Of a DNA stretch of 64,000 nucleotides, positions 1 through 14,100 are shown piece by piece; positions within the stretch are counted from its first letter, which is position 1; each line of letters begins with the position of its first letter. The DNA is from Nemertoderma westbladi (Eukaryota > Animalia > Xenacoelomorpha): assembly GCA_032718475.1 (NCBI GenBank), contig JAUCBJ010008715.1, positions 16,025 through 80,024 of the forward strand. Direction: 5' to 3'. The notes beneath the pieces are model-generated. The model was not told the origin of the DNA. It was given only the letters and a program-made list of their open reading frames with translations, and searched no databases. The position numbers and the translations under genes were made by a program.

Positions 1-1
1 T

Positions 2-568
2 TACCTGGGATCATGGATCCGGAAGTCAGGTGAGGACCTTCGAATACGTAAGGGAAAGGCATGGGCAGCCTTGAATAGGCTTTCCAGGATTTGGAAGTCA
101 CCGAGAATTAATCGGAAACTTAAGGTCCGATTATTTAGAGCAGCAGTAGTTCCAGTACTCCTCTACGGGAGTCCATGCTGGGCTCTAACTGCTGAGGACA
201 CCAAATCTCTGGATGGCACATTCACAAGAATGCTACGCCGGGTTCATTGTGTCAAGTACAATGCACACATCTCCAACCAGACACTATATAACATTGGAGG
301 TGTCTCATTGGTTCCCCCAAGCTTGACACTAGAACAAAATCGCCTCCGCTTTGCAGGACATTGCTTTCGCCGTGAGGATCAGCCAGTGCATAATCTTGTA
401 CTTTGGCAGCCTCATGGAGTGAATAAGCATGGTGGACAGCCCATGACTTTCTTGAGACGCATCTTAAAGGACACTGGCCTTAAAGATGCGGATGATCTAG
501 CAAATGTCATGGGTGATAGGGAGTTGTGGCGGTGCAATTTTGTTGACAAGCCGGCACAGCATTCTTAA
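2..568 (+). mobile_element. 3' end of non-LTR retrotransposon ORF (RTE-like RT C-terminus), cut by the window edge
   Basis: Frame from nt 2 reads YLGSWI...KGKAWAALNRLSRIWKS...KLKVRLFRAAVVPVLLYGSPCWALT...RLRFAGHCFR, typical of RTE-type LINE RT thumb/C-terminus; related fragments at 28620-28735 and 62270-62685. Confidence 0.8.
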
Positions 569-1195
569 AAATGCAGCTGCAATGCAGCATGCCGATCCTA
601 GTAGTATGTTTGCGTAGTAAGTTCAAGCGGCTCAACAATGGCTGTATCATTGGTTGGACTCGGAATAACGAATCCCGTAAATGGAACCTTTACAAAGTCA
701 TCACTGTCATCCATGTTTAATAAGAAATTATACTGAACAGTTCAGCCTCCATAAATTAGGAAGGCAGCACGCTTGCAAGGCCTTAAATAGAGTACGCTAT
801 GATGCAGTACAAACTACCGCCAGCTAGGCAGAACAGTGATTCTTGTTTGTAATGGAGGTTGGGATGGATAAGCCAATCAGGGAACAGGACAGTAATCCTA
901 CCATACAATTGTCTACAGAGCCGCTCTACCAGAGAGGTCACGTTCCCACGGTAGTTGTTTTTCAGCTAATCAATATCTAATAATGTCTGACGGCCAAACA
1001 TCACCATCGCCCTTATTAATAATTCATTGGGAAGCATTGACCCCTATTAAGGTGTCCCCCAGAGCCGGATTAAGCTTATGTGTGGCCCCTAGACAGACAA
1101 ATTATTAAGGTGTCTATTAACTATTAAGATGTCCCCCATTAATGTTTGTGTCCCTCATTAATGTGTGTCCCTCATAAATAGTTGTGTCCCTCATT

Positions 1196-1780
1196 AACAA
1201 ACTCAGTAATTAACGTAAATCAGCGTTTTACACTCCATTCCGGATCCAACAAAATTTGGTAATTAACGAAAATCCGTGTTTTACACTCCTTTCCGGATCC
1301 AACAAAACTTGGTAATTAACGAAAATCCGCGTTTTACACTCCATTCCGGATCCAACAAAATTTGGTAATTAACGAAAATCCGTGTTTTACACTCCATTCC
1401 GGATCCAACAAAACTTGATAATTAACGAAAATCCGTGTTTTACACTCCATTCCGGATCCAACAAAACTTGATAATTAACGAAAATCCGTGTTTTACACTC
1501 CATTCCGGATCCAACAAAACTTGGTAATTAACGACAATCCGTGTTTTACACTCCATTCCGGATCCATTAAAACTTGGTAATTAACGTAAATCCGTATTTT
1601 ACACTCCATTCCGGATTCACAAAATATATGAATCCGCGTTTTACACTGCAATACGGATTGCGTATTTCAGAATCCGCATATTACACTCAGTTACGGATTG
1701 TATGTAAATCCGGATCCGCCTTTTACACTCGCAAATCCGGGTCCTGATCCGTATCCGGATCCGGATCCGCGTTTTACACC
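1196..1780. repeat. 53-bp tandem repeat (~8 copies, then degenerate)
   Basis: Unit ggtaattaacgaaaatccgtgttttacactccattccggatccaacaaaactt recurs at 1258, 1311, 1364 etc. Confidence 0.9.
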
Positions 1781-2102
1781 TACCCCAGATATGTGCAGTA
1801 CACACCGGTAATCGGTCTGTAATCCCCGTTTGTCTCTATAGACGACGAAATGTATGAAAGTGATACCTCCCCCATTTCCTTAACCTTATTCTGTTTATGC
1901 TGAATCTTGGAATATGTACCAGACTAAATGCTGCGTCTTTTTGAGGAAGGTGATTCATCTGCAGTTCTCTAGTCTGCCGCTAGTGTGTGAAATATCTAAC
2001 CAACTTCCACCTATGCATTATCATTTATTATTGGTGTTATGGGTGAATGAGTGATTCCTATGCATTATGGCATTATGAAATAAACGGTTATTTCAATTAC
2101 AG

Positions 2103-5100
2103 TGAATGCAACCGATTATCTAAAGGAATCGACTTACGGATTTTGTTACTAAGGAAACACCATTTAAAGGATAATGGGAGGGGAACAGGTCCGTTTGTTG
2201 CTGACATCTTGGTGGCTACGCCTAAACGGCTAATACTTCGTGTTGCTAAAAATAAACAACAAATCAGTTTGTCGACGTGAGTAATTATCATAATAGTCTA
2301 TAGGTAGGGAATATCGCCCTTGTGAAGAATACCAGGATTTCCGCCCATGTGAAGAATACCAGGATTTCACTTTTCGGTCGACTTTTTATTTGAATTTTAT
2401 ATATGAAGATTTTTTATTTTTTTTAATTTATCTTTATTAAGTGTTTTATAGCGCTTATTTCTGTTTTATAACCTGTACATATACTAATTCGTTTATTGTT
2501 TTGGTTAGATTCAGCCCTTCTGTAACCTGTGGTTTTGGTGGAAACCTGGTATTCTTCACATGGGGGTAACTGCAAAGTGAAATATAACGGCAGAAAGTCT
2601 ATGGCATACACTCAGTATCAATATTTAATAATTTAATACGAGTGATATTATTGATCGTTTTAAATGATTTTTGCCATGCTGAATTATTTCGATTGATATT
2701 ATTGGTCGTTTTAAATAATGTTTTTCCACTTAATTATTTTGCTTGATATTATTGCTCGATTTAAATAATAGTTATCTTATTTCAACCGATAATTATAGGC
2801 CTAGGTAGTTTTAAATGAGACAGTGAATTATTTCGTCCTATAATTATATGTCGTATTAAATGTGATCAGCTGACAGTGAATTATTTTCGACGTATTAATC
2901 CGACTGAAGCCATGGTTGTTTGAGATTATGAGCGATTCAACTGGTTCAACCCCAGGTGACTCCTCCAAAAAGTTCAACCACAATTCATTTTATTTCTATT
3001 ACACCTGGCAGCAATACTCGAGCTGAATATATATTTATTTGTAACCGTTAGGTCCGCTGATAGAGATAGGATATGCAACTTAAAAGAAGTGGATTAGATG
3101 GGATAATAAGTGTCAGGGGAGAGTGGCTGAACTGGTTAGCGCTACTGATGGGGCCTGATAGCCTGAAACAGTACCGCATAAACGCGGGTTCAACCCCTAC
3201 TGACGTGCTTTCACAATATTTCCACATTTAAACAAAACAACCTTTCATATTGACGATAAATTTTATTTTAAACTTATTTCTATATAAAGATAACAATTTA
3301 ATTTTAAACTTGATTTGAACTTATATGAACAATTACGGCCCATTCTTACACTTTTCAAATGCCCTTAGCTTTGTAAAATTAGAACTATCTGAAAAGTGTT
3401 AATATTCATAGTAGATAGATAGATACTATATATATTAAATAAAAAAAAATTATTTTATATAACATGGGACGATCAACACATACTGGCATCAAGGGAAAAT
3501 ATTTTTCATATTTTGAACGCTCATATCTCATTAAACAACGGAATTTAGATGTATTCACAGATTTGGAATCCATATAGGAGTCATTCCGTCCCACGAAAGA
3601 CAAGCGTGCCAGGTGCAAAATTGGTAATTAATATAGATATCATTTTATTCACAATACGGCTTTTAGCAAAAGCTACAAATGAAAATGTAAATTCTGTCTC
3701 AGCTACTAAACAAACTATTCTGATATTCATGGTTGTCAAATTGACTGCTTTTCACCCCCCCCCCCCCTCCCCCATATTTCAAAAGTAGATAATAACTAAA
3801 TATCTCAAATATTATTTGTCATTTATTCGACACAACATCTGAACTATAACATTATGAACGCTCTCCCAGTCCAGTAACATTATATATACGCATATGGTAG
3901 CGAGTAATAACGCGTTAGTTTAGTTGCGGAAACCTCCCCTTTGCTGGCCCCCACCCTGTATCTGTTGCGCGATATCAGTGACCTGCATCGGGAAGGGGAC
4001 GTGGTCGCAGATCGCCTTTACCATGGCCTCCGTATCTCGGTCTACCTCGATGGCTTCCTGCTCGAGTACCGACACCGATGGAACGTAATTATCCCGTCTC
4101 TCTCGCTCGTCCTCCTGCAGTTTTATCGATATCCCTCGAACCGGTCCCTTTTGGATCCGTCCCATCTGGTGGGTTACGAATCCCGCGATCTGGTTTCTGA
4201 GTTTCTTGGTCGGGATTATCGCAATCTCCTCGCAGATTCGTTTGTTCGTGTGAAAATCCAACGTGAGTTTCGTGTAATATTTCTCGATGATAACTTTGGC
4301 GGCCTTTTTAACAGTTTTTGTTCGCACACGTCCCATTGTAATTATTATTACCAGTAGTTAATTTAACAAGAATAGTCCTGTAGTGTAGTGTAGACACTAT
4401 AATACTGTAATACAGTCAGACAGTAATATCACTAATACAGTAATAGCCTGCTGCTGCTCTCTGGCTGTACTGTAATATCAATATTTAGGCTTTACTGCTT
4501 TATGGGAATATCTACAAGGTGGTGGTGGGTTGTGGGTCAGCGGAATGAATTTTAGTTACACACATAGTGCTGGTTACCGTTAATGGTACTATACTCAGCT
4601 AATAATAAAATAATAATTGATGTATTTAAAAATCCGAGAGGGAGGTGAGTTAATGACTTGCTTGGCAAACATTAATTATATTAATCTGTCAAACCAGAGG
4701 GAATACAGAGTGGGGAAAGCTGGCCACCTGAATGACTTTTTAGTTATAGAGTAGTGTACACGAGTGAGGCCTAACTCTCTCAGCGAACAATTATAATTAT
4801 ACTATGACTAGTTATATATTCTGATATTGGCTTCCGACACACACATACACTGAAACCTACACCTAAGTTCGCTGGTTATTCGCAGTTCTGACTCGCCATA
4901 TATGAACCTAACTGTAGGGTACTTTTGGTAAACTATACTATTAGGAACAGATTATGAGATATGAGATTCTTTTCCCTAAATTGAGAATTTAACATTGAGG
5001 CGGGATATTAATTCGCCAAGGTGGGTTTTGCGTCCACTTCCACCCCTGTCTCCTTTGTTCACTACCTTGGTGCAATTTTTTATTATAAATGCTGAACATA

Positions 5101-8100
5101 CGTGCAAATTACAGTATTAGTATAGGTAGTGCTGACTGATACTGGGTGCTCATATTTGCAACCATTTGTAACAAATTGTAACCAGGGACATCAATTCGTG
5201 ACAAGGTGCTCATATTTTTAACCAAACACATTGATTCGTAATGCGGAAATACAGATTTGTAACCAGGCGCTCAGATTCGAAACTGGTTTAGAGTTAGATG
5301 ATATCCTGAAAAAAATAGTTAGCGGCTTATGGCCTGTAAAAATATTTGTTTCGGTTTGGTTTAACTTCGGTTCCTTCACGGCGTCTCGACGCCGTCTTTA
5401 ATGTCAGTATGTAGATGTAGGTAGCGTAGGGCTGTAGGGGTAGCCTCCCGGCAGAGTGGACTAAATGTCTGTAGACCGGACCGATTACAGACCTGACCTA
5501 CAACATCTACTGATCTACAATCAGACAATCTCCGGACAAATAGGCCCTACTTAAATAAACTCTGAAACCTGGCAGCCAGGTACTGGCTGACTGGTCAGGT
5601 AACTCTGTCACTGGCCGACAAGTATTATAGGCAGGGCAGTACCGGTCTGCCGGTAGGGCTTGGCGTAGCTGTCCTGTATAGGATAGGCCCAATCTGCCAA
5701 TGCCTAACCTGCTAACAACTACAGATAGGGGGGGGAATGGACGCAATAAAAATTCATCCCTCTCCAGGGGAAATTCGAAGCAAATAACTAAATAACAGCT
5801 GATTATTCTCAAAAATAAAACTGTAACCTGTTCTATTGTGCTTAGTTCAGTAGTTTATTGTTTTGGTTAAAATAACGTGCCACTGTAACCTGATCCTTTC
5901 CCTAAGTTAAGAATTTAACATTGACAGATTGAGGCGGGATATTAATTCACCAAGGCAGGTTTTGCGTCCAGTTTCCCCCCCCTGTCTGCCTGTCTCATCA
6001 AATACCTGACTACGTACCGTACTGAACTAACATTCCACATTCTGACATTCGAAGCTAACAGGCTGAAGCAAAGGCTGAACGAACTGAAGAATGAAGAAAG
6101 GTCAGCCATTCGATGTACCGGTACCGGTATTACTATTGGCATGTTGATTGGTTGGATATTGACCTAGGCCTACCCTACCCCTACTTAATCAGTTAATCAA
6201 TCCGCTAATTTACCGGTACTGAATTAGGGTAACCATAATACCTGAATACTGTAATATGTAATATTATTAAGTCCAGAAGTCATAATCTATAAAAATATCG
6301 GTCGATACGATTTACCCGCATTATACTGTCTGCGTCAGGCGGCTGGGCGGTCAGATTATCAGATTATAGTTAGTTAGTATAGCGAATTTCAGTATCGTAG
6401 GCCTACAGCAGAGTACAGGCTGAGGGATATGGGATAACAGGATAATGAATAGGCTACTGGCAGACTGGAATATGTTGTAGGTCAGTAGGTGTAGGTTAGG
6501 TAGGTCCACAAACACTGAAACACGAACAGTAAGTACCGGTACTGAGCTGAATGCTGTAATCTAATAATGTAATGTAATGTAATTGCACTCCAAATAATTG
6601 CACCGACAAATAAAATAATTAATTATTTAAAATTAATCTTAATGACATACATATTCACAAAATGAAATTGAATTAGACCTTTAATTAAACAATTATATGT
6701 ATGGAGGGAGAAGATAACCCAGGCAATGTTGCACTTACGAGCGTATCTCTATTGGAATTAAGTAAAAATATTGCAAACTAAAAAAATAAAATGGTAAAAC
6801 ACGGTCAGTCATTATGAACAGAGAAAATATAAAAAAAAAAATAAAAATCAAATCAAAATGCGAGGCGGGGTATAATGTGTGCATATTTAAACAAAATGAC
6901 ACAAGTGACTAAAATCAATATGACGTATATGGCAATTAAAAATATACAAATTACGTGCATTAACGGCATCTGAGGGCAAGGAATTCCACACGGATACTAT
7001 ACGGCTGGCAAAACGATTTCTGACAACGACTAGCCTGCTAGGCTGTGCAAACAGTTTCCTGTTATGGCCTCGCAAACCTTGCCGTTGCACATGCGAGAAA
7101 AAATCGTTAAAATGAAGGTCAATGTTATTGTGACAAATAGGCCTATTACATGCAGATATCATGGATATTGAAGGTCACACTCAGTGCGCATATCTACGCG
7201 CAGTTTACATTACTGTATCGTTAAGTTCATACAGAGGCTTGCACTTACACCCAACGTAATTTTTCTACAAATCGTAATCAGTTCGAAATAAATTTGAAAC
7301 GTAGTTAGTTTGGCCTCCCAACCACTTAGTGACAGTGGGTGAGTCAGAATTTGTCTTCTCTTTAGCAAAAATAAACCTTTGAAACACGCTATGTCCCCGT
7401 CGATATTTGCTATTGAACCAGTCGCACTATAATTTTTCCTGAACATAATAGCGATTTATTGGTACCGAATAAAATAAGTCTTTGTAACGTTTCCTTCTAT
7501 ACAAATCTATGGATTAAGATGATAAATATAATATATAATATAATAAATACTAAATAGTATATGATTACGTTGTACATTGCGAAAAAATACCTACCGACCC
7601 TATTGTGGCTCGAAACAGTTTTAATTGGAAATAGATTCGCTTTTGAAAATGTGTGGTTGAAACTATAAGTTCGTACAGTACTACAGTATCACTGATCATA
7701 TCATTGTCACTATCATTTGTATTTTTAATTTAATTAGTTTTAGGGCCAAATGTTCAAAGCCCCCATAAAAGTTTATTATGTAGGCTTATGAAATGAAGGA
7801 ATAATTATTATTGAATTGCAGTTGGAATGGGGAATTTTGTCTTGTTATAAATAATTATATTCAAGAAGTCCTTGTTTTGAATACTTCAATTAAGTGCCCA
7901 TCTAATGTTAAGGGACCGCTTTGGACAACTGCCCTTCAGTTACTAATCATTTTTTTATGTATAAAACAGCTAAAAAAATTAATAACTATTTACATCATTG
8001 TGTGCAAAGTAGCACTTTGCAGCGTTATGACCCGAGTTTATTTATGTACCGAGCGAACCCAGCGAGGGGGGTTTACATAAATAAACTAGGGTCTTTAACG

Positions 8101-11100
8101 CTGAAAAGTGACCTTTGCAAGCAATGATGTATGTAATTTTGTTACATTATGTCAACTATCAGCGTTCGGTATGTAAAGAAATAATTTTATGGATACTCAT
8201 TTAAACATTTTAATCATGTACTATTTCGAATATAAGTGACATGTATTAACAGGTACAAAGTATTAATTATACATTTATATCTAATTAAAGTTTATTGTAG
8301 TTATCTCCTGCGTGGATGTGATAAATCTTTGATCCATCGTCGACTGAGTCACCGTCTGTCTCCGTTCAGTTTTACTGAACACTGTCGCCATATTTTCTTT
8401 GCTCATTTTCTCGAAAATGTCTTCTATAGGACGTATGGAATTAATACTGTCTTACACGTTAAACAATTATTTACATACTGTAGCTCGGCCCGTCACTTCA
8501 AACTAGACGCACACATTATGCAAACACGTGCTGCTTTATTGAATAAAGAAGCACGTATTAATATAAATTGAAATAATACATTATGGAATACGGTAATTAC
8601 AGTTGTTTTCATGTTATTGATTACTTTGCAGCGTTCCGTCCTATACTCCGCAACGCTGCAAAGTAGTACTTTGCAGCATTACGAGTAATTCACCAGAACG
8701 CTGTTAAGTTGACATAATGTAACAAAATATTGTTAAATACATTTTGGAAGATATCATAAACTTATATACTTATGGCTCACTAAATACAAAAATAATGTGT
8801 ATATTACACAAAAAAATTACCCCCTCTCCTCTCCCTCTTCATTTATATTGCACTGTATTGTGATGTGATATGCCACCAGCTACATGCACCTGATTCGAAA
8901 GTGAATGGGTAGTGCTAATCCTGTTATTATTGACTATTTCAGTGTTGAATAGTTCGTACTAATCCTGTTATTATTGACTATTTCAGTGTTGAATGGTTAG
9001 TACTGGATGAATCCGATAAGCTGTTCGAGGAAGGGGCAACTAGAGACCATCTAGTGGACATCTACAGGAGATGCAGTAGTCCGCTCATTAAGCGTTGTTT
9101 GTTCAGCGCCACATTTGTTCCTTCCCTCTACCAATGGTGTAAAGATAATCTCAATGACCCTATATCGGTTACTGTGGGGCGCAGGTTGGCTTCGTAAATT
9201 AACCCTATATCGGTTACTGTGGGGCGCAGGTTGGCTTCGTAAATTAACCCTATATCGGTTACTGTGGGGCGCAGGTTGGCTTCGTAAATTAACCCTATAT
9301 CGGTTACTGTGGGGCGCAGGTTGGCTTCGTAAATTAACCCTATATCGGTTACTGTGGGGCGCAGGTTGGCTTCGTAAATTAACCCTATATCGGTTACTGT
9401 GGGGCGCAGGTTGGCTTCGTAAATTAACCCTATATCGGTTACTGTGGGGCGCAGGTTGGCTTCGTAAATTAACCCTATATCGGTTACTGTGGGGCGCAGG
9501 TTGGCTTCGTAAATTAACCCTATATCGGTTACTGTGGGGCGCAGGTTGGCTTCGTAAATTAACCCTATATCGGTTACTGTGGGGCGCAGGCTGGCTTCGT
9601 AAATTACTGCGATATGATATCATATAAGCGATGTCCGCCATTCTAATTCTTACGAAATAATAACTTTTATTGTCTAGTATCAGTATCGCCTCTTTATTTC
9701 CAAGTTCTAGTCAGTGCTTTTGTGAGTTCTAAAGTGGTAGTACAAATGGCAGCAGCATGCTATAACGTAGGCCTGCTCTGGTATTGGTATTGATTTAATG
9801 GTATGCTGTCGGTAATATTCTTATATCACAATCATTATTGTTTCCTTAGAAACAGCGCCGCTAGTGGTGTGTCCCAGCGACTGTTATATGTCGGGTCGGA
9901 GCACGGTAAACTCCTAGCGATTCGGGATCTGTTGCACTCCGGCCCCCCACTCCCGATACTCGCCTTCGTCCAAAGCAAAGAGAGAGCGGAGCAGTTGTTC
10001 GATGAGTTACAGTTCGAGGGGGTTCCGGTAGACTACCTACACTCCGACAGGGAGGAGACTCACAGATACCGGGCACTCCAACGGTTCCGATTGGGTAAAG
10101 TTTGGTTGCTAATAGCAACCGAGTTGATGGGTCGGGGGATCGATTTCAAGGGGGTCGGATTGGTCATCAACTACGACTTCCCGACTTCAGCAAATAGTTA
10201 CATACACAGGCAAGTTGGTGGAGTGAGTAATCACCAATATAGTGGTGGAGAGAGTATACAGTGGAGTGAGTATACAACCAAGTGGTGGAGTAAGTTAACA
10301 CCAAGTGGTGGAGTAAGTTAACACCAAGTGGTGGAGTAAGTTAACACCAAGTGGTGGAGTAAGTTAACACCAAGTGGTGGAGTAAGTTAACACCAAGTGG
10401 TGGAGTAAGTTAACACTAAGTGATGGAGTAAGTTAACACCAAGTGGTGGAGTACGTTAACACCAAGTGGTGGAGTAAGTTAACACCAAGTGGTGGAGTAA
10501 GTTAACACCAAGTGGTGGAGTAAGTTAACACCAAGTGGTGGAGTAAGTTAACACCAAGTGGTGGAGTAAGTTAACACCAAGTGGTGGAGTAAGTTAACAC
10601 CAAGTGATGGAGTAAGTTAACACCAAGTGATGGAGTAAGTTAACACCAAGTGGTGGAGTAAGTTAACACCAAGTGGTGGAGTAAGTTAACACCAAGTGAT
10701 GGAGTAAGATAACACCAAGTGATGGAGTAAGATAACACCAAGTGATGGAGTAAGTTAGCACCAAGTGATGGAGTAAGTTAACACCAAGTGGTGGAGTAAG
10801 TTAACACCAAGTGATGGAGTAAGTTAAAACCAAGTGATGGAGTAAGTTAACACCAAGTGGTGGAGTAAGTTAACACCAAGAGGTGGAGTAAGTTAACACC
10901 AAGAGGTGGAGTAAGTTAACACCAAGTGGTGGAGTAAGTTAACACCAAGTGATGGAGTAAGTTAACACCAAGTGATAGAGTAAGTAAACACCAAGAGATG
11001 GAGTAAGTTAACACCAAGTGATGGAGTAAGTTAACACCAAGTGGTGGAGTAAGTTAACACCAAGTGATGGAGTAAGTTAACACCAAGTGGTGGAGTAAGT

Positions 11101-14100
11101 TAACACCAGGTGATTGAGTAAGTTAACACCAAGTGGTGGAGTAAGTTAACACCAAGTGGTGGAGTAAGTTAACACCAAGTGGTGGAGTAAGTTAACACCA
11201 AGTGGTGGAGTAAGTTAACACCAAGTGGTGGAGTAAGTTAACACCAAGTGATGGAGTAAGTTAACACCAAGTGGTGGAGTAAGTTAACACCAAGTGGTGG
11301 AGTAAGTTAACACCAAGTGATGGAGTAAGTTAACACCAAGAGGTGGAGTAAGTTAACACCAAGTGGTGGAGTAAGTTAACACCAAGTGGTGGAGTAAGTT
11401 AACACCAAGTGGTGGAGTAAGTTAACACCAAGTGGTGGAGTAAGTTAACACCAAGTGATGGAGTAAGTTAACACCAAGAGGTGGAGTAAGTTAACACCAA
11501 GTGGTGGAGTAAGTTAACACCAAGTGGTGGAGTAAGTTAACACCAAGTGGTGGAGTAAGTTAACACCAAGTGGTGGAGTAAGTTAACACCAAGTGATGGA
11601 GTATGTTAACACCAAGTGGTGGAGTAAGTTAACACCAAATGGTGGAGTAAGTTAACACCAAGTGATGGAGTAAGTTAACACCAAGTGGTGGAGTAAGTTA
11701 ACACCAAGAGGTGGAGTAAGTTAACACCAAGTGGTCGAGTAAGTTAACACCAAGTGATTGAGTAAGTTAACACCAAGTGATGGAGTAAGTTAACACCAAT
11801 GTTAACACCATCCGTGCTATTCGTATTTCGTGATTTATTTCCGGATATTTTTTTATAGGTATATTTTTTCATATTCTTATAAATTCGAATTATCGTCTAG
11901 GTATGACTTGTCTGGCTTGGTAAGGGGGGGGGGGGGTGGTAGTTTACACCAAGAAACAAAGTGATGAAGTTTAAGAGATAGATATTAACATTTTATTTAT
12001 TTATTGTTTTGGTTAGAAATAATCACTATAATATCAGGAAAAATACTAATAATTGTCTGGGTTCTAATTTTTCTGTGTGCGATTTGTCGTGGTTTAATTT
12101 CGCGGGAATTTATTAGACTACGTTTCTAAACTACCATATTTTTCTGTTCTAGAATCGGTCGAACTGGGAGAGCTCAGAGTACCGGACAGGCAGTCACGTT
12201 CTTTACCCAATCGGATAGACTATTACTAAAGAAGTTAGTTGATATATTTATTTCACGATAGTTGACATAAGTGACACCTACAACTGTATTACCGTGGTTT
12301 GTGCGTGTCTCTTTCAATCGGATAGACTATTACTAAAGAAGTTAGTTGATATATTTATTTCACGATGGTTGACATAAGTGACACCTACAACTGTATTGCC
12401 GTGGTTTGTGCGTGTCTCTTTCAATGTGTTCATACTAGGTATGACGAAGGCTCACTCAGAAAATTGGGAGTAAGGATGGCATTTGTGCAATGTAAATATT
12501 AAAAGTGCAGTATTTATCGCACGTTCTAGAAAAAATCTATGTTGTTATAGCAACATATGGTAGACAACACGACTACACTACTTATGCTTTTTGTGATGTA
12601 AGTATATATCTCTGTTACATATTTACAGGCTGCTTGTAGGCCTACGGTACACAAGAGTAGTGTTGGCTGTCAAAGGTCTGCGGTTGAATTGTCACTGTTG
12701 ACGGAGTTTGGCGTGATGTTATGAAAATAACGTAATAAGTATATAGGCAAACATCGTGTTCTTAATACAGCGTTGACATAATTAATATAAATAGGGTTAG
12801 AGTGTTAATTAGAGTATTTAAGTGGGAAATTTGATACCCTTGTATCCGGTGTGAGGCACGCATCTGTCCGTGAATCCTGCAGTCATGCCATCCTTGCAAT
12901 AGTAATAGGTTGGTCCTTTATATCCCCATCCTCATGGTATTTCACTTTATTGTCATTGTTCCTTTTTAGGAGAGAAATTTGGTGCTTAAACAACCCTTTA
13001 GTTATTATAGCTTTGGCTATAATAACCGGGTTATCATTGGCAAACATCAGGGTTGGCTTTGGCTAATAGACGGGGTTGGCAGGTTGCGTTGGCTAATAAC
13101 CGGGTTATCATTGGCAAACATCAGGGTTGGCTTTGGCTAATAGACGGGGTTGGCAGGTTGCGTTGGCTAATAACCGGGTTATCATTGGCAAACATCAGCC
13201 GGTTGGCTTTGGCTAATAGACGGGGTTGGCAGGTTGCGTTGGCTAATAACCGGGTTATCATTGGCAAACATCAGGGTTGGCTTTGGCTAATAGACGGGGT
13301 TGGCAGGTTGCGTTGGCTAATAACCGGGTTATCATTGGCAAACATCAGCCGGTTGGCTTTGGCTAATAGACGGGGTTGGCAGGTTGCGTTGGCTAATAAC
13401 CGGGTTATCATTGGCAAACATCAGGGTTGGCTTTGGCTAATAGACGGGGTTGGCAGGTTGCGTTGGCTAATAACCGGGTTATCATTGGCAAACATCAGCC
13501 GGTTGGCTTTGGCTAATAGACGGGGTTGGCAGGTTGCGTTGGCTAATAACCGGGTTATCATTGGCAAACATCAGGGTTGGCTTTGGCTAATAGACGGGGT
13601 TGGCAGGTTGCGTTGGCTAATAACCGGGTTATCATTGGCAAACATCAGCCGGTTGGCTTTGGCTAATAGACGGGGTTGGCAGGTTGCGTTGGCTAATAAC
13701 CGGGTTATCATTGGCAAACATCAGGGTTGGCTTTGGCTAATAGACGGGGTTGGCAGGTTGCGTTGGCTAATAACCGGGTTATCATTGGCAAACATCAGCC
13801 GGTTGGCTTTGGCTAATAGACGGGGTTGGCAGGTTGCGTTGGCTAATAACCGGGTTATCATTGGCAAACATCAGGGTTGGCTTTGGCTAATAGACGGGGT
13901 TGGCAGGTTGCGTTGGCTAATAACCGGGTTATCATTGGCAAACATCAGCCGGTTGGCTTTGGCTAATAGACGGGGTTGGCAGGTTGCGTTGGCTAATAAC
14001 CGGGTTATCATTGGCAAACATCAGCCGGTTGGCTTTGGCTAATAGACGGGGTTGGCAGGTTGCGTTGGCTAATAACCGGATTACCTTCGTTAAATGACCG

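Noticed and set aside
3941-4357. 138-aa ORF antisense to RPS17 (and similar shadow ORFs over pol, HECT and CRE)
   Set aside because: Antisense or alternative-frame shadows of real coding sequence
4970-5990. Duplicated intronic snoRNA near RPS17
   Set aside because: No clear C/D or H/ACA boxes; the sequence recurs at ~28540 and has TIRs, so it is better explained as a MITE
9051-9641. ORFs of 196 and 170 aa
   Set aside because: Translations of the 45-bp tandem repeat
13053-14042. 329-aa ORF
   Set aside because: Translation of the 150-bp higher-order repeat in a DDX52 intron
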